A DNA stretch of 64,000 bases, taken from NCBI GenBank assembly GCA_947447355.1, contig CANFJF010000007.1, forward strand, positions 711 to 64,710, read 5' to 3'. Within the stretch, counting starts at the first letter, position 1. Each line of letters starts with the position of its first letter. A program made the position numbers and the translations under genes. The stretch comes from Comamonadaceae bacterium (lineage in GTDB: Bacteria; Pseudomonadota; Gammaproteobacteria; Burkholderiales; Burkholderiaceae_C). The notes beneath the pieces are model-generated. The model had not been told where the DNA came from. It was given only the letters and a program-made list of their open reading frames with translations, and searched no databases. Shown piece after piece: positions 47,698-57,742 of this stretch.

Positions 47698-47942
47698 CCT
47701 TCATTTGGCCAAGCTGAGGGCTTTTGCTCATCGTGAATGGGAAATGGCGCAAAGTTGATCTTGTCTGTCGCCCTTATCAGGCAAATAGACGCCAGTGTTG
47801 AATCAGCAAAAGATGAAAGCCAGCATGGCCGCATCGTCGGCCAAGTTGAGCATGGCGTAGCTCGCCACGCGGTAGGTGAGCAGGGTCAGCCGTTCAAATA
47901 AATAGTCCGCAGTCATGCCGGCATTGTCTCTTTTTTATGGCT

Positions 47943-49310
47943 TTAAATCTGGAGCCACTGGAGGGCAACGCCCAGCAGGCCGCAGACGCCGATGACATGA
48001 ATCACGTTGCGCTTGTATTTGAAAAGTGCCACCGCTGCTGTCAGCGCAATGACGGCTGAGGGCACATCAAACGTGCCGCTGAAGCCTTGCGGCCACAGCA
48101 CGTGATAACCAAAAAACATGGCCAGGTTCAAGATGACGCCGACGACCGCCGCGGTGATGGCTGTCAAAGGGGCGGTGAACTTCAGGTCGTTGTGCGTGCT
48201 CTCGACCAAAGGGCCGCCGGCCAAGATGAACATGAATGATGGCAAAAAAGTAAACCACGTCACCAAACTGGCCGCCACGGCTCCGGCCAGAAACAGACTC
48301 TGCTGACCCAGCACTTCTTTGACGTAGCCACCGATGAAGCCGACAAAAGCCACCACCATGATCAAGGGACCGGGGGTGGTTTCACCCAGCGCCAAACCAT
48401 CGATCATTTGCGTGGCTGTCGCCCAACCGAATTGGTCGACAGCCCCTTGGTAAACGTAAGGCAACACCGCGTAGGCACCGCCAAACGTCAACAGCGCCGC
48501 CTTGGTGAAAAACCAGCTCATTTGGGTGAAGGTGTGGTCCCAGCCGTACTTTTGCACCAACCAACCCATCGGCACGGCCCAGAGAATGCCTCCAACTGCA
48601 AGGACTTGAATCAAGCGCCTCCACCTGAACAGCGCATGCTCAGGGGGCGGCGTGTGATCGTCAATCAAAGCAGCGCCGAAGGACTTGTTCACGCTGCCGT
48701 GTCCGCCACCAACTTTGAAGGTCTCAGGCGCCAGTCGTCCGCCTATAAAGCCAATGAGCGCAGCCCCCACAACGATGAAAGGAAACGGCACATTGAGCGC
48801 AAAGATCGCCACAAAGCTGGCCGCCGCAATCGCCCACAACACATTGTTCTTCAAGGCGCGTGAGCCAATTCGATGCGCGGCATGCACCACGATAGCGGTG
48901 ACCGCCGGCTTGATGCCGTAGAAGATGCCGGCAATCAAAGGAACTTCGCCAAAGGCGATGTAGACCCATGACAGCGCAATCAAAATGAACAGCGATGGCA
49001 ATACAAACAGGGTGCCCGCCACGATGCCGCCGCGTGTTTTGTGCAGCAGCCAGCCAACGTATGTCGCCAGTTGCTGCGCTTCCGGGCCGGGCAACACCAT
49101 GCAGTAATTAAGCGCATGCAGGAAGCGTTTTTCAGAGATCCAACGGCGCCGAACAACCAACTCTTCATGCATGATGGCGATTTGCCCAGCGGGCCCGCCA
49201 AAGCTGATGAAGCCCAGCTTCAGCCAGAACCAAAAGGCCTGCCCAAAACTCACCTGTGGCGGCGTGTTGTGAGATGCCAAGTTTGATTTCAGTTTGGTTT
49301 CTGTGGTCAT
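47943..49310 (-). CDS. chrA: Chromate efflux transporter ChrA (two-domain CHR family)
   Basis: Track ORF 47943..49343. The likely start is ATG 49310. The first half has LGFISFGGPAGQIAIMHEELV...PGPEAQQLATYVG, and the second half has a homologous motif (LTFGGAYAVLPYV...GETTPGPLIMV). Confidence 0.85.
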   Translation of the reverse strand: MTTETKLKSNLASHNTPPQVSFGQAFWFWLKLGFISFGGPAGQIAIMHEELVVRRRWISEKRFLHALNYCMVLPGPEAQQLATYVGWLLHKTRGGIVAGTLFVLPSLFILIALSWVYIAFGEVPLIAGIFYGIKPAVTAIVVHAAHRIGSRALKNNVLWAIAAASFVAIFALNVPFPFIVVGAALIGFIGGRLAPETFKVGGGHGSVNKSFGAALIDDHTPPPEHALFRWRRLIQVLAVGGILWAVPMGWLVQKYGWDHTFTQMSWFFTKAALLTFGGAYAVLPYVYQGAVDQFGWATATQMIDGLALGETTPGPLIMVVAFVGFIGGYVKEVLGQQSLFLAGAVAASLVTWFTFLPSFMFILAGGPLVESTHNDLKFTAPLTAITAAVVGVILNLAMFFGYHVLWPQGFSGTFDVPSAVIALTAAVALFKYKRNVIHVIGVCGLLGVALQWLQI

Positions 49311-49450
49311 GCGTCTGTATGGTTTTTTTGAACGGCACCCCAATCATCCGTCACGGTTAAGGTCGCGGCAAAGGGTTGATTGTCGCCTTCAGGGGTCACA
49401 CCAATTTTTCTGAAATTCAATCTAGCCAACCGACGCGCTAATATTCGGGT

Positions 49451-50041
49451 GTGAACGAACGACTAACCCCCATCACCTACGACGCCTTGCCTGATGCGGT
49501 GAAACCGCTGGCAGACGATATTTTAAAAGTCTCCAGCGCTGCTTTGGGTGGGCCTTACAACGCGCTCTTGCGAAGCCCCGACATGGCACGTCGCTGTTTC
49601 GACTTTCTCGACTATTTACGCTTCAAGACTTCGGTCAACAAGCGTTTGAACGAGTTTGCGATCTTGATTCAAGCGCGTATCTCCAATGCCCAATACGAGT
49701 GGTGGGCGCATGAAAGCATCGCCCGCAAAGCCGGCTTGTCTGATGCCGTGATGGAAGACTTGCGCGAATGCCGCAAGCCCACTGCCATGCAAGATGACGA
49801 GCGCTTGGTCTATGACTACTGCGTCCAATTGAGCCTGAACCACCGGGTGCCGGAGCCGCTTTGGCAAGAAGCCGTTGCCAAAATGGGTGAACAAGCGGTG
49901 ATTGATCTGACGGTTTTGTCAGGCACCTACGTGATGGTGTCGATGCTGCTGAACGCCACCCAAGTGGGCATCCCCGGCGGCGCTGCCTTGCCACTGCAGG
50001 TGCTCGAGCCGATGGAGATCAGGCAACGACTGTTGGCCTGA
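49451..50041 (+). CDS. Carboxymuconolactone decarboxylase (AhpD-like) family protein
   Basis: 196-aa ORF with a GTG start. The helical CMD-like pattern includes EFAILIQARISNAQYEWWAHESIARKAGL. Confidence 0.65.
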   Translation: MNERLTPITYDALPDAVKPLADDILKVSSAALGGPYNALLRSPDMARRCFDFLDYLRFKTSVNKRLNEFAILIQARISNAQYEWWAHESIARKAGLSDAVMEDLRECRKPTAMQDDERLVYDYCVQLSLNHRVPEPLWQEAVAKMGEQAVIDLTVLSGTYVMVSMLLNATQVGIPGGAALPLQVLEPMEIRQRLLA

Positions 50042-50050
50042 TCTGCATCG

Positions 50051-50071
50051 CGTGCAGCTCCAAACTGCACG
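50051..50071. terminator. Candidate bidirectional hairpin between convergent genes
   Basis: CGTGCAG-ctccaaa-CTGCACG forms a 7-bp stem. It lies between the CMD stop (50041) and the Bug stop (50081). There is no clear U-tract. Confidence 0.3.
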
Positions 50072-50080
50072 TGTGCATCG

Positions 50081-51046
50081 TCATTCCGGCACTGCCCCCG
50101 AGAACTTCACCACCTTGGCCCAACGCTGAATTTCGGCTTGGACGAATTTTGAAAATTTCTCCGGCGTATTGCCAACTGCCATAGCCCCCTCCATCTCGAG
50201 CCGACGGCGAACTTCGGGCGCAGCAATGGACTGACGGGCAGCATTGCTGACGCGCCGTACCAATTCTGGCGTCATACGCGCAGGGCCAAACAGGCCGAAC
50301 CAAGCACTCGATTCGTAGCCCGGCAGAACTTCAGCAATCGCCGGCACATCCGGGTACTGCGCCAGACGTTTGGCGCTGGTGACCCCCAAGGCTTTGAGTT
50401 TCCCCGCTTTCAACTGCGCCTGCGACACCCCGATGGCAGAGAACATCAACTCAACTTGTCCGGCCAGGACATCGGCAATGGCCGGCGCTGTTCCGCGGTA
50501 AGGAATATTCACGATATTGACCCCAGACTGCATCTTGAACAACTCACCCGCCAAATGCAATGAAGACCCGAGCGCACCAATCGCAAAGTTGAGTGTGCCG
50601 GGACTCGCCTTGGCCAGTGCAATCAACTCGCGCACATCTTTGGCCGGCACTGACGGGTGGGCCACCAACACCGACGGTGAGGTCGCCACGCAGGTCAGTG
50701 CCGTGAAATCTTTGACCGGGTCAAAAGGCAATGATGGGTAAAGCGATGCGTTGATGGCATGGCTGGTAAAACTCATCAGCAACGTGTTGCCGTCTGGCGC
50801 TGCGCGGGCGACAGCTTCGGCCGCGATGTTGCCACCAGCCCCCGGCCGGTTTTCAACCAACACAACACTGCCCAGCAAGCGTCCCAACTCAGCGGCCAGC
50901 GTACGGGCCAGCGTGTCTGTCGAACCACCGGCAGGCGCACCGACCAAGATACGTGTTGGCTGCGTCTGCGCCCCCGCCATCAAGGGAAAGGCGATAGCCG
51001 AAGCGGCCACGGCAGATTGAGACATAAAAAGTCGGCGAGTCGCCAT
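50081..51046 (-). CDS. Bug/TctC-family substrate-binding protein
   Basis: 321-aa ORF with a signal peptide, TRILVGAPAGGSTDTLAR, and NIPYRGTAPAIADVLAGQVELMF. Confidence 0.85.
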   Translation of the reverse strand: MATRRLFMSQSAVAASAIAFPLMAGAQTQPTRILVGAPAGGSTDTLARTLAAELGRLLGSVVLVENRPGAGGNIAAEAVARAAPDGNTLLMSFTSHAINASLYPSLPFDPVKDFTALTCVATSPSVLVAHPSVPAKDVRELIALAKASPGTLNFAIGALGSSLHLAGELFKMQSGVNIVNIPYRGTAPAIADVLAGQVELMFSAIGVSQAQLKAGKLKALGVTSAKRLAQYPDVPAIAEVLPGYESSAWFGLFGPARMTPELVRRVSNAARQSIAAPEVRRRLEMEGAMAVGNTPEKFSKFVQAEIQRWAKVVKFSGAVPE

Positions 51047-51114
51047 GGGCAGCTTTCGGTTCAGTTGACGCTGGCGACGATCGCGGCGGGCAATAACAGC
51101 TCAGCGGGTATTAA

Positions 51115-51912
51115 CTAGCCTTGCACCACGACGCAGTTACGGCCACCATTTTTGGCGGCATAGAGCGCTTTGTCAGTGGCGTCGAGCACATTCTGAATGG
51201 TGAACGTATGGTTCACCGCCTTCGGTACAAACACGCCAATGCTGATGGTGATTTCAATTCTGTGATGCCCCGATACAAATTTGTTAGCAGCGACGGCTCT
51301 TCGCAATCGTTCGGCCGCAACTTTAGCCTCTTCCCGATTGCACTCGGGTAAGACGACTAAAAATTCTTCTCCACCAAGGCGACCAACAGTATCTATCTTA
51401 CGGAATGTGGCGAGCGCAATGTGAGCAATGCCCTGCAGCACTGAGTCACCGGCAGTGTGGCCATATGTATCGTTGACTGACTTGAAGTGGTCGAGGTCAT
51501 ACATCAAGAAGGCGATCGGACGTTGAGTCCGCATAGCCCGTTCGATTTCCCTTTGAATCACCTTGAGTACCGCCCGCCGATTGACCAACCCCGTCAACTC
51601 GTCGGTATTCGCCTTCGACTTGAGCCCGGTGATCAACTCGGTCACACCGTAGATGCCTACAACCATGCCCGTAGAGATGGCCATTCCAAACAAGGCATCC
51701 ATCATGCTACTGGCCTCACCGGCATTGATGTGGCGCCACAGCGGCACCATACGGCGCTCCACCATCAAGACCAATGCCAGCGCAACAATCAACCACGCCA
51801 TGCGGTATTGGTCGTCAACCTGCCCCACCTGACGCATGGCAATGTAGGCCGCCACCGTTTGCAGTGCCACAGACAGCACGAGGATCACCGCCAGTAGAGT
51901 GACTTCAGGCAT
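51115..51912 (-). CDS. Membrane-anchored GGDEF diguanylate cyclase
   Basis: 265-aa ORF with 3-4 N-terminal hydrophobic segments, DELTGLVNRR, and RKIDTVGRLGGEEFLVVL (an RxxD I-site plus GGEEF). Confidence 0.85.
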   Translation of the reverse strand: MPEVTLLAVILVLSVALQTVAAYIAMRQVGQVDDQYRMAWLIVALALVLMVERRMVPLWRHINAGEASSMMDALFGMAISTGMVVGIYGVTELITGLKSKANTDELTGLVNRRAVLKVIQREIERAMRTQRPIAFLMYDLDHFKSVNDTYGHTAGDSVLQGIAHIALATFRKIDTVGRLGGEEFLVVLPECNREEAKVAAERLRRAVAANKFVSGHHRIEITISIGVFVPKAVNHTFTIQNVLDATDKALYAAKNGGRNCVVVQG

Positions 51913-52430
51913 AAAGTTTGGGATGACTTTGAAACCGTCAACTTTAGATGTTGGATCGGTTCCTATTGTTGCGAATCAGCAAGGGAGATCTCCAAATGTA
52001 ATTTCAATGCACTCACGATGCCGCGTCACAAGCTGTGCTGCCCATTGACAAGCCATGTGGCATAGGCTCTTGTTGCACCAAGAAATACATTGCAGTACAA
52101 CTTTTAAAGTAGTCAACTAGGTAATTATAAAAATTTTAATTCTCTCTAGTATTAAAAAATCATTCACACATGCACTCTGATTTTAATTAGCGTATACCCT
52201 ATCGATGAATAAAATTCTTGGTGGTATATTTTTGTACGAACAAGATTAGATCTCGACAGGAATGCTTTTCTCGCAGAGTTTTAGGGTCATCATATTTTTC
52301 GCGCAAAACCTCCTCGAGCGAGACGTGGCGAAAGTGCTGTGTATTGGGATGCTCTCTTATTCCATCGAGTCAAATTTTCCTGATCTTTGCGAAAGAAATT
52401 TCACAAGACTTTTAATGAAGTGAGCACCAC
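51913..52430. promoter_or_regulatory. 518-bp AT-rich non-coding region separating the GGDEF gene from the catabolic operon
   Basis: A hand count of 52081-52200 gives 32 G+C of 120 nt, against about 60% in flanking genes. It contains no convincing ORF. Confidence 0.5.
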
Positions 52431-53399
52431 GTGACGAACGACACCGCCATCAGCGCCAATCCCATGCCGGCATCCATTGCGGATCTGCCCCCTCAAAAGG
52501 CATCGGCACCCACATCGCCTGCTCAGTCACGGGGGCTGTACTACAACACTGGCAATGCCTTCAATGTGCAGTTCTCGGACGTGCCGGATCAGAGTTTTGT
52601 TGACCAACCGCGTCTCGCGCTTGATGACAGCAGCCCAACCGGCTTGTTCACTTGTGACAGCTCCGTGGGCCTCAATACCGACTTCCCCGCCACCACACCC
52701 TTGGTGCTGGCCCACTACGCGCGGGTTCGTGCGGGTGAGACACTGGTCACCGATTTCGAGGCCAGCGGTGTGATTGTGTATGCCATGGTCGGCTGCGGCA
52801 GCACAGTCTGCGGTGCCGAGCGCGTCGACTGGAAACCGGGTGACGTTTTCATCCTGCCAGGCGGTTGTACCCATACCCACCAGGCCGGTAGCGAGCACGC
52901 CGTGCTGTGGATCGTGACCAATGAGCCGCAGCTGTCTTTTGAGCGGCTACGCAGCCCTGCGCCTGGCAATTCACCCACCGAGGTGGTGCACTTCACTGCC
53001 GACGAAATCACCCGGCAGATTGACTTGCTCTACGCAGTCGGGAGGAGCAATGACATCGCCGGCTCTGCCCTTATATTTGCGTCAACCGGCCAAGAGGCTA
53101 TTCGCAACTGCTTGCCGACCTTGACGTTGGCGATGAATTCACTGCCTGCAGGCGTGACGCAACGCGCGCACAAACACAACTCTGTGGCGGTCAGCCTGGT
53201 GATAGAGGGCGAAGCTTGCCACTCGATGGTGGGGGGGCGGCGCAAGGACTGGTCACAGTGGGCAACCACCATCACGCCAGCCACCGCCTTCCACTCACAC
53301 CACAACGAAGGCAGCCAGCGCGCGATGTTCTTGATCGTTCAAGACGGCGGGATCTACAACCACACCCGCGCGCTTGGATTTTCGTTTGCTGAGCCTTGA
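52431..53399 (+). CDS. Bicupin protein (gentisate/ring-cleavage dioxygenase-like)
   Basis: 322-aa ORF with a GTG start. There are two cupin-like modules (GVIVYAMVGCGSTVCGAERVDWKPGDVFILPGG; AHKHNSVAVSLVIEGEACHSMVGG...TPATAFHSHHNEG). Confidence 0.55.
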   Translation: MTNDTAISANPMPASIADLPPQKASAPTSPAQSRGLYYNTGNAFNVQFSDVPDQSFVDQPRLALDDSSPTGLFTCDSSVGLNTDFPATTPLVLAHYARVRAGETLVTDFEASGVIVYAMVGCGSTVCGAERVDWKPGDVFILPGGCTHTHQAGSEHAVLWIVTNEPQLSFERLRSPAPGNSPTEVVHFTADEITRQIDLLYAVGRSNDIAGSALIFASTGQEAIRNCLPTLTLAMNSLPAGVTQRAHKHNSVAVSLVIEGEACHSMVGGRRKDWSQWATTITPATAFHSHHNEGSQRAMFLIVQDGGIYNHTRALGFSFAEP

Positions 53400-53468
53400 G
53401 CCTCGAATTCGACGCGTTAGAACCCACAACCCTTGCACCTCAGTACACCCAGAACCGGAGAACTCCCC

Positions 53469-54359
53469 ATGACCGATGAAACTCTTGTCAACAGCCCCAT
53501 CACCATCCACCCGCTGAAGGGAGCCCTTGGGGCTAAAGTGCGGGGCATCGACATGCGCCGCCCTCTGGATGCTGCCTCGAGGGAAACCCTGATGAACGCC
53601 TGGATGGAACACCTGATTCTCATCTTGCCGGATCAAAAAGTCACTGACGAAGAGCATGTCGCCTTCACTCGTTTTTTGGGTGAGCCTGAAATTTTTCACC
53701 AAAACATCATCAAGTCTAAAGCTGTGCGAGAGATCTTTCGCGTCTCCAACGTGCGCGATGACAACACCCTGATGCCGCCCACCGATCCGACTGCGCGCCA
53801 GTTGTCTCTGGCGCAGTTCTGGCATACCGACAGCAGCTACAAAACGATGCCATGCATGGGCTCCCTTCTGCACGGTGTGGAAATCAGCCGAACCGGTGGC
53901 GAAACACAGTTCACCAATATGTACAAAGTGATGGAAACGATGCCTGCGGCATTGCGCCAGCGCATTGAAGGCCGCAAGGCACGGCACAACTTTGAGCACA
54001 TGCACACCCTGCAAACCCTGCGTCCGCTGACCGACGCAGAGCGAGCCGCCATGCCCCCGGTTTGGCATCCGATGGTCCGTGTTCATCCTGTCACCGGGCG
54101 TGAGTCGCTCTACATCAGCCCGATTTACAACGACCAAGTGGAAGGCCTGTCAGGCGCCGAGTCGCTGGCCTTGATTGCCGAATTGGCTCAATTCGCCGGC
54201 CGTGCGGAATTCGTCTACAGCCATCGCTGGGAACCCGATGACGTGATGATGTGGGACAACCGCTGCACCATGCATCAGGTCACGGCATTTGATCCGATGG
54301 AGCGCCGTGTCATGCACCGCACCACCATTGTCGGCACCGACACCGTGGTGGCGGCATGA
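53469..54359 (+). CDS. TauD/TfdA-family Fe(II)/2-oxoglutarate-dependent dioxygenase
   Basis: Track ORF 53433..54359. The likely start is ATG 53469 (MTDETLV). It has the WHTDSSY iron-binding motif and a C-terminal MWDNRCTMH...R. Confidence 0.85.
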   Translation: MTDETLVNSPITIHPLKGALGAKVRGIDMRRPLDAASRETLMNAWMEHLILILPDQKVTDEEHVAFTRFLGEPEIFHQNIIKSKAVREIFRVSNVRDDNTLMPPTDPTARQLSLAQFWHTDSSYKTMPCMGSLLHGVEISRTGGETQFTNMYKVMETMPAALRQRIEGRKARHNFEHMHTLQTLRPLTDAERAAMPPVWHPMVRVHPVTGRESLYISPIYNDQVEGLSGAESLALIAELAQFAGRAEFVYSHRWEPDDVMMWDNRCTMHQVTAFDPMERRVMHRTTIVGTDTVVAA

Positions 54360-55423
54360 GCCAGACCGCGCCATCAGTGGCACCGTTGCTGGACGCAGAC
54401 GGACTCCCCATCCTCAGTCACCTCTCGATTCAACCGGATTGGCTCAATAAAAAGATCGAGGAAGCACTTGAGCCAACACTGCCAATCGTTGATGCCCACC
54501 ACCATTTGTGGGAGCGAGACGGCGGCTATTTGCTTGACGAGATAGTGGCTGATCTGAACAGCGGCCACAACGTAGAGGCCACCGTTTTTGCGCAATGTGG
54601 CTACGCTTATCGCGAACAAGGACCCGTGTCGATGCGCCCAGTCGGTGAAACCGAATTTGTGGCGCAATTCACACAGCAGGCGCAAAAGCGCGGTGTGCCC
54701 CAACAGGTCTGCGCCGGCATCGTCGGTTATGCAGACATGACCCTTGGCGAAGCTGTCGGCGAGGTCTTGCAAGCCCATGTGGATGCGGGCGCTGGGCGGT
54801 TTCGTGGCATTCGCCACATCACCGCACGCCATGACGCGTTCAACGGCAGCCTGTTAGGTCGGCCACCCGCTCAAATGATGTACCAACCGGCTTTTCGCAG
54901 CGGGCTGGTGCAACTGCAAAAGATGGGTTTGAGCTTTGACGCCTGGCTTTATCACACCCAAATCAATGAAGTGATCGATCTGGCGCGTGACATGCCTGAC
55001 CTGCCCATCGTGCTCAACCATGTGGGCGGCCCACTCGGGGTCGGTCCCTACGTTGGCCAAAGCGATGCCGTGTACCGCGCTTGGCATGCGTCCATGACAG
55101 AGTTAGCCCGCTGCCCCAATGTGAGGGTCAAGCTGGGCGGCTTGGCGATGGCACTGTGCGGCTTTGACTTCCACTTGCAAGCGCTACCGCCGTCCTCGGC
55201 GCAACTCGCCACCGCTTGGGCGCCTTATCTACAGACAGCGATCGAGCTGTTCGGCGCTGAACGCTGTATGTTCGAGAGCAACTTCCCGGTGGACAAAGCC
55301 ATGTGCAGCTATGGCGTGCTTTGGAACGCCTTCAAACGAATCTCAGCCGGCGCATCGGCCCATGAGAAATCCTGGCTATTCAAAGGAACTGCCAATCAGT
55401 TCTACCAACTTGGGCTGAACTGA
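54356..55423 (+). CDS. Amidohydrolase_2 (TIM-barrel metal hydrolase; lactonase/decarboxylase type)
   Basis: 355-aa ORF with the N-terminal metal motif IVDAHHHLW, then VLNHVGGP and FESNFPVD. Its start overlaps the TauD stop (ATGA). Confidence 0.75.
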   Translation: MSQTAPSVAPLLDADGLPILSHLSIQPDWLNKKIEEALEPTLPIVDAHHHLWERDGGYLLDEIVADLNSGHNVEATVFAQCGYAYREQGPVSMRPVGETEFVAQFTQQAQKRGVPQQVCAGIVGYADMTLGEAVGEVLQAHVDAGAGRFRGIRHITARHDAFNGSLLGRPPAQMMYQPAFRSGLVQLQKMGLSFDAWLYHTQINEVIDLARDMPDLPIVLNHVGGPLGVGPYVGQSDAVYRAWHASMTELARCPNVRVKLGGLAMALCGFDFHLQALPPSSAQLATAWAPYLQTAIELFGAERCMFESNFPVDKAMCSYGVLWNAFKRISAGASAHEKSWLFKGTANQFYQLGLN

Positions 55424-56388
55424 TGCGCCAAACTATTGGACTTCTGGCACTGATGATTTTGGGACTGGGTTCGACTGCCGCCCATGCGCAGGCTTATCCA
55501 AATCGGCCGGTCAAAATCATTGTCCCTTTTGCGGCTGGCAGCGGAAGTGATGTTTACGCCCGCTTGATCGCCGAAGACATGAGCACGGCCTTCAATCAAA
55601 ATTTCATTGTCGAGAACCGTGCTGGCGCATCTGCACAGATTGGCACCTTGGCCGGAGCCCGTGCGCCAGCGGATGGCTACACCTTGTTGATCGCCACCAA
55701 CACGGGCCATTCTGCTAATCCCGCCTTGTTCAAAAAGTTGCCGTACGACCCGCTGACCGACTTCACCCCGATCGGCCGCATTCTCTACATGCCCTACCTG
55801 CTGCTCGTTCCCAAGGCGTCGCCATATCAAAGCGTGGCCGGTTTGATTGAAGGGGCAAAAGCTGCGCCGAACAGCTTGAATTACGGCATCGGCAACAGCT
55901 CAAGCCAAGTCATCAGCGCCGAATTTTCACGTCAGGCCCAGTTTGTCGCCACCGGAGTGACCTACAAAAGTATGCCCCCGGCACTGACCGATCTGCTGGG
56001 CGGCCAGTTGAACTATTTGTTCATCGATGTGACCACCGCACAAACGCAGCTCAAATCGGGTCGGGTCAAAGTTTTGGGATTCAGCCTGGCCAAACGCTCA
56101 GCCCAAATGCCAGATGTGCCGGCCATTGCCGAAACGCCAGGCTTGGCGGGCTTCGAGATCACCTCGTGGGTTGGCTTGGTCGGTCCGGCCGGGCTGCCGG
56201 CCGAAGTCGTGCAGCGTCTCAACACGCAGTTGCAACGCACGCTGGCAAAGCCCGAAATTCGCGACAAATTGATCGCGTTAGGCGCTGAAGTGGTGCCCTC
56301 CAGCGCCGCCGAGATGGAACTATTCATGCGCCAGCAGTTGCAGAGTTGGACCAGCAAAATTCGAAACGCCGGCATCTTGCCTGAATAG
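55423..56388 (+). CDS. Bug/TctC-family substrate-binding protein
   Basis: 321-aa ORF with a signal peptide and YPNRPVKIIVPFAAGSGSDVYAR. Its start overlaps the preceding stop by 1 nt (TGATG). Confidence 0.85.
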   Translation: MRQTIGLLALMILGLGSTAAHAQAYPNRPVKIIVPFAAGSGSDVYARLIAEDMSTAFNQNFIVENRAGASAQIGTLAGARAPADGYTLLIATNTGHSANPALFKKLPYDPLTDFTPIGRILYMPYLLLVPKASPYQSVAGLIEGAKAAPNSLNYGIGNSSSQVISAEFSRQAQFVATGVTYKSMPPALTDLLGGQLNYLFIDVTTAQTQLKSGRVKVLGFSLAKRSAQMPDVPAIAETPGLAGFEITSWVGLVGPAGLPAEVVQRLNTQLQRTLAKPEIRDKLIALGAEVVPSSAAEMELFMRQQLQSWTSKIRNAGILPE

Positions 56389-56497
56389 ACACACGGCACG
56401 CGCCACGTAGTCGACTGTTTGACCCAATCACAGCTTGAACGAATCCCTGAGAGCCTCACAAGTCGAAATTAAAAACAACCTGACGGAGATACCAAAG

Positions 56498-57724
56498 ATG
56501 ACAAAAAATCGCTACAAACTCAGCACTTGGTTGCTGGCCGCCGCGACCGCTTTCGCCGCTGCCCCTGCGTTGGCGCAAGAGGCTTTGAAGATAGGCGTGA
56601 TCAACCCCTTCAGTGGTGCGTTGGCGCTTTATGGTGACGAATTGACGCGCGGCTACCAATTGGCAGTCGACGAGCGCAACGCCAAAGGTGGCGTGCTGCG
56701 CCGCAAGATTGAATTGCTTCGTGGTGATGCGTCGACGCCGCAGCAAGGCATTGCCGCTGTCGACCAACTGGTGTCACGCGACAAGGTGGAAGTGTTCATC
56801 GGCACCTACACATCCGGCGTGTCCAACGCAGCCAGTGATGCGGCATTGCGCAACCAGAAAATCTATTGGGACACCACGGCGCTGGCCGCGGAATTAACAG
56901 AACGCAAGTTACCCAACTTCATTCGCTCCGGCCCTTACTCTGCCAACTTTGCCGAAATGGGGGTTCGTCTGCTAGCAGAATCCATCGTGCCGGCGCTCAA
57001 AAAACCTGCCAAAGATGTGACCGTTTGGATTGAACATGAAGAAGGCATCTACGGCAAAGGTTTGGGTGATATTCAACGAAAACTTCTTGAATCAAAAGGG
57101 TTGAAAGTTTTGGGTTCTGGCGCCCACAACCCGAAAGCCACCGACCTGACAGACTCCGTGCTGCGCGCACGTCGCGCCAATGCCGACGTGTTCATGCAAA
57201 CCGGCTATGTGCCGGACAGCAACTTGTTGCTCAAAACCATGCGCGAACAAGGCTACAAGCCACCCGTGATCCTGTTAACAGGCACCGGCGATACCTATGA
57301 AACCGTGGAGGCACTTGGCGCTGAATTCATGGAAGGCGTCTTTGTCGTCTCTTACCCAAGAGCCGACATCTCGGAAGCCTTCGGTCCAGGGGCTGCTGCT
57401 TTTCTGGCGGCCTATCGCAAAGCTTACAACCGCGATCCAATCGCACCCCAAACATTGACCGCATTTGCCGGTATGCGCATGTTGTTGGAGACGATCGAAC
57501 TCGCTGGGTCGACCGACATGGCGAAAGTCCGTGCCGCTGCCGCCAAGCTGGACAAGCCATTGAATTCCTACCCTTCGGGCAATGGCGTCAAATTCGACGA
57601 CACATTCCAAAACACCCGCGCCTTCCCTGCCGTTATCCAGTGGCAAGCCGGCAAGCAGGTCACTGTCTTTCCAAGTGAAGCCCGTGCCGCCGGTATAGGC
57701 TTGAAGAACACGCCCCGTAAGTAA
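56498..57724 (+). CDS. ABC transporter substrate-binding protein (LivJ/branched-chain amino acid-type, type I PBP), paralogue 1
   Basis: Track ORF 56435..57724. The likely start is ATG 56498 (MTKNRYKLSTWLLAAATAFAAAPALAQ). It contains LKIGVINPFSGALALYGDE. Confidence 0.8.
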   Translation: MTKNRYKLSTWLLAAATAFAAAPALAQEALKIGVINPFSGALALYGDELTRGYQLAVDERNAKGGVLRRKIELLRGDASTPQQGIAAVDQLVSRDKVEVFIGTYTSGVSNAASDAALRNQKIYWDTTALAAELTERKLPNFIRSGPYSANFAEMGVRLLAESIVPALKKPAKDVTVWIEHEEGIYGKGLGDIQRKLLESKGLKVLGSGAHNPKATDLTDSVLRARRANADVFMQTGYVPDSNLLLKTMREQGYKPPVILLTGTGDTYETVEALGAEFMEGVFVVSYPRADISEAFGPGAAAFLAAYRKAYNRDPIAPQTLTAFAGMRMLLETIELAGSTDMAKVRAAAAKLDKPLNSYPSGNGVKFDDTFQNTRAFPAVIQWQAGKQVTVFPSEARAAGIGLKNTPRK

Positions 57725-57742
57725 ACCGCTAACGAAGGAACA

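Noticed and set aside
47803-47916. 37-codon minus-strand ORF (MTADYLFERLTLLTYRVASYAMLNLADDAAMLAFIFC) between the dioxygenase and chrA genes.
   Set aside because: It is too short to judge. I see no recognisable family and no clear Shine-Dalgarno sequence. I keep it only as a candidate for ribosome-profiling or peptide evidence.
52218-52415. 65-aa ORF inside the AT-rich island.
   Set aside because: Its composition and codon usage are unlike all supported genes. It has no ribosome-binding site or recognisable family. It is probably a chance ORF in AT-rich DNA.
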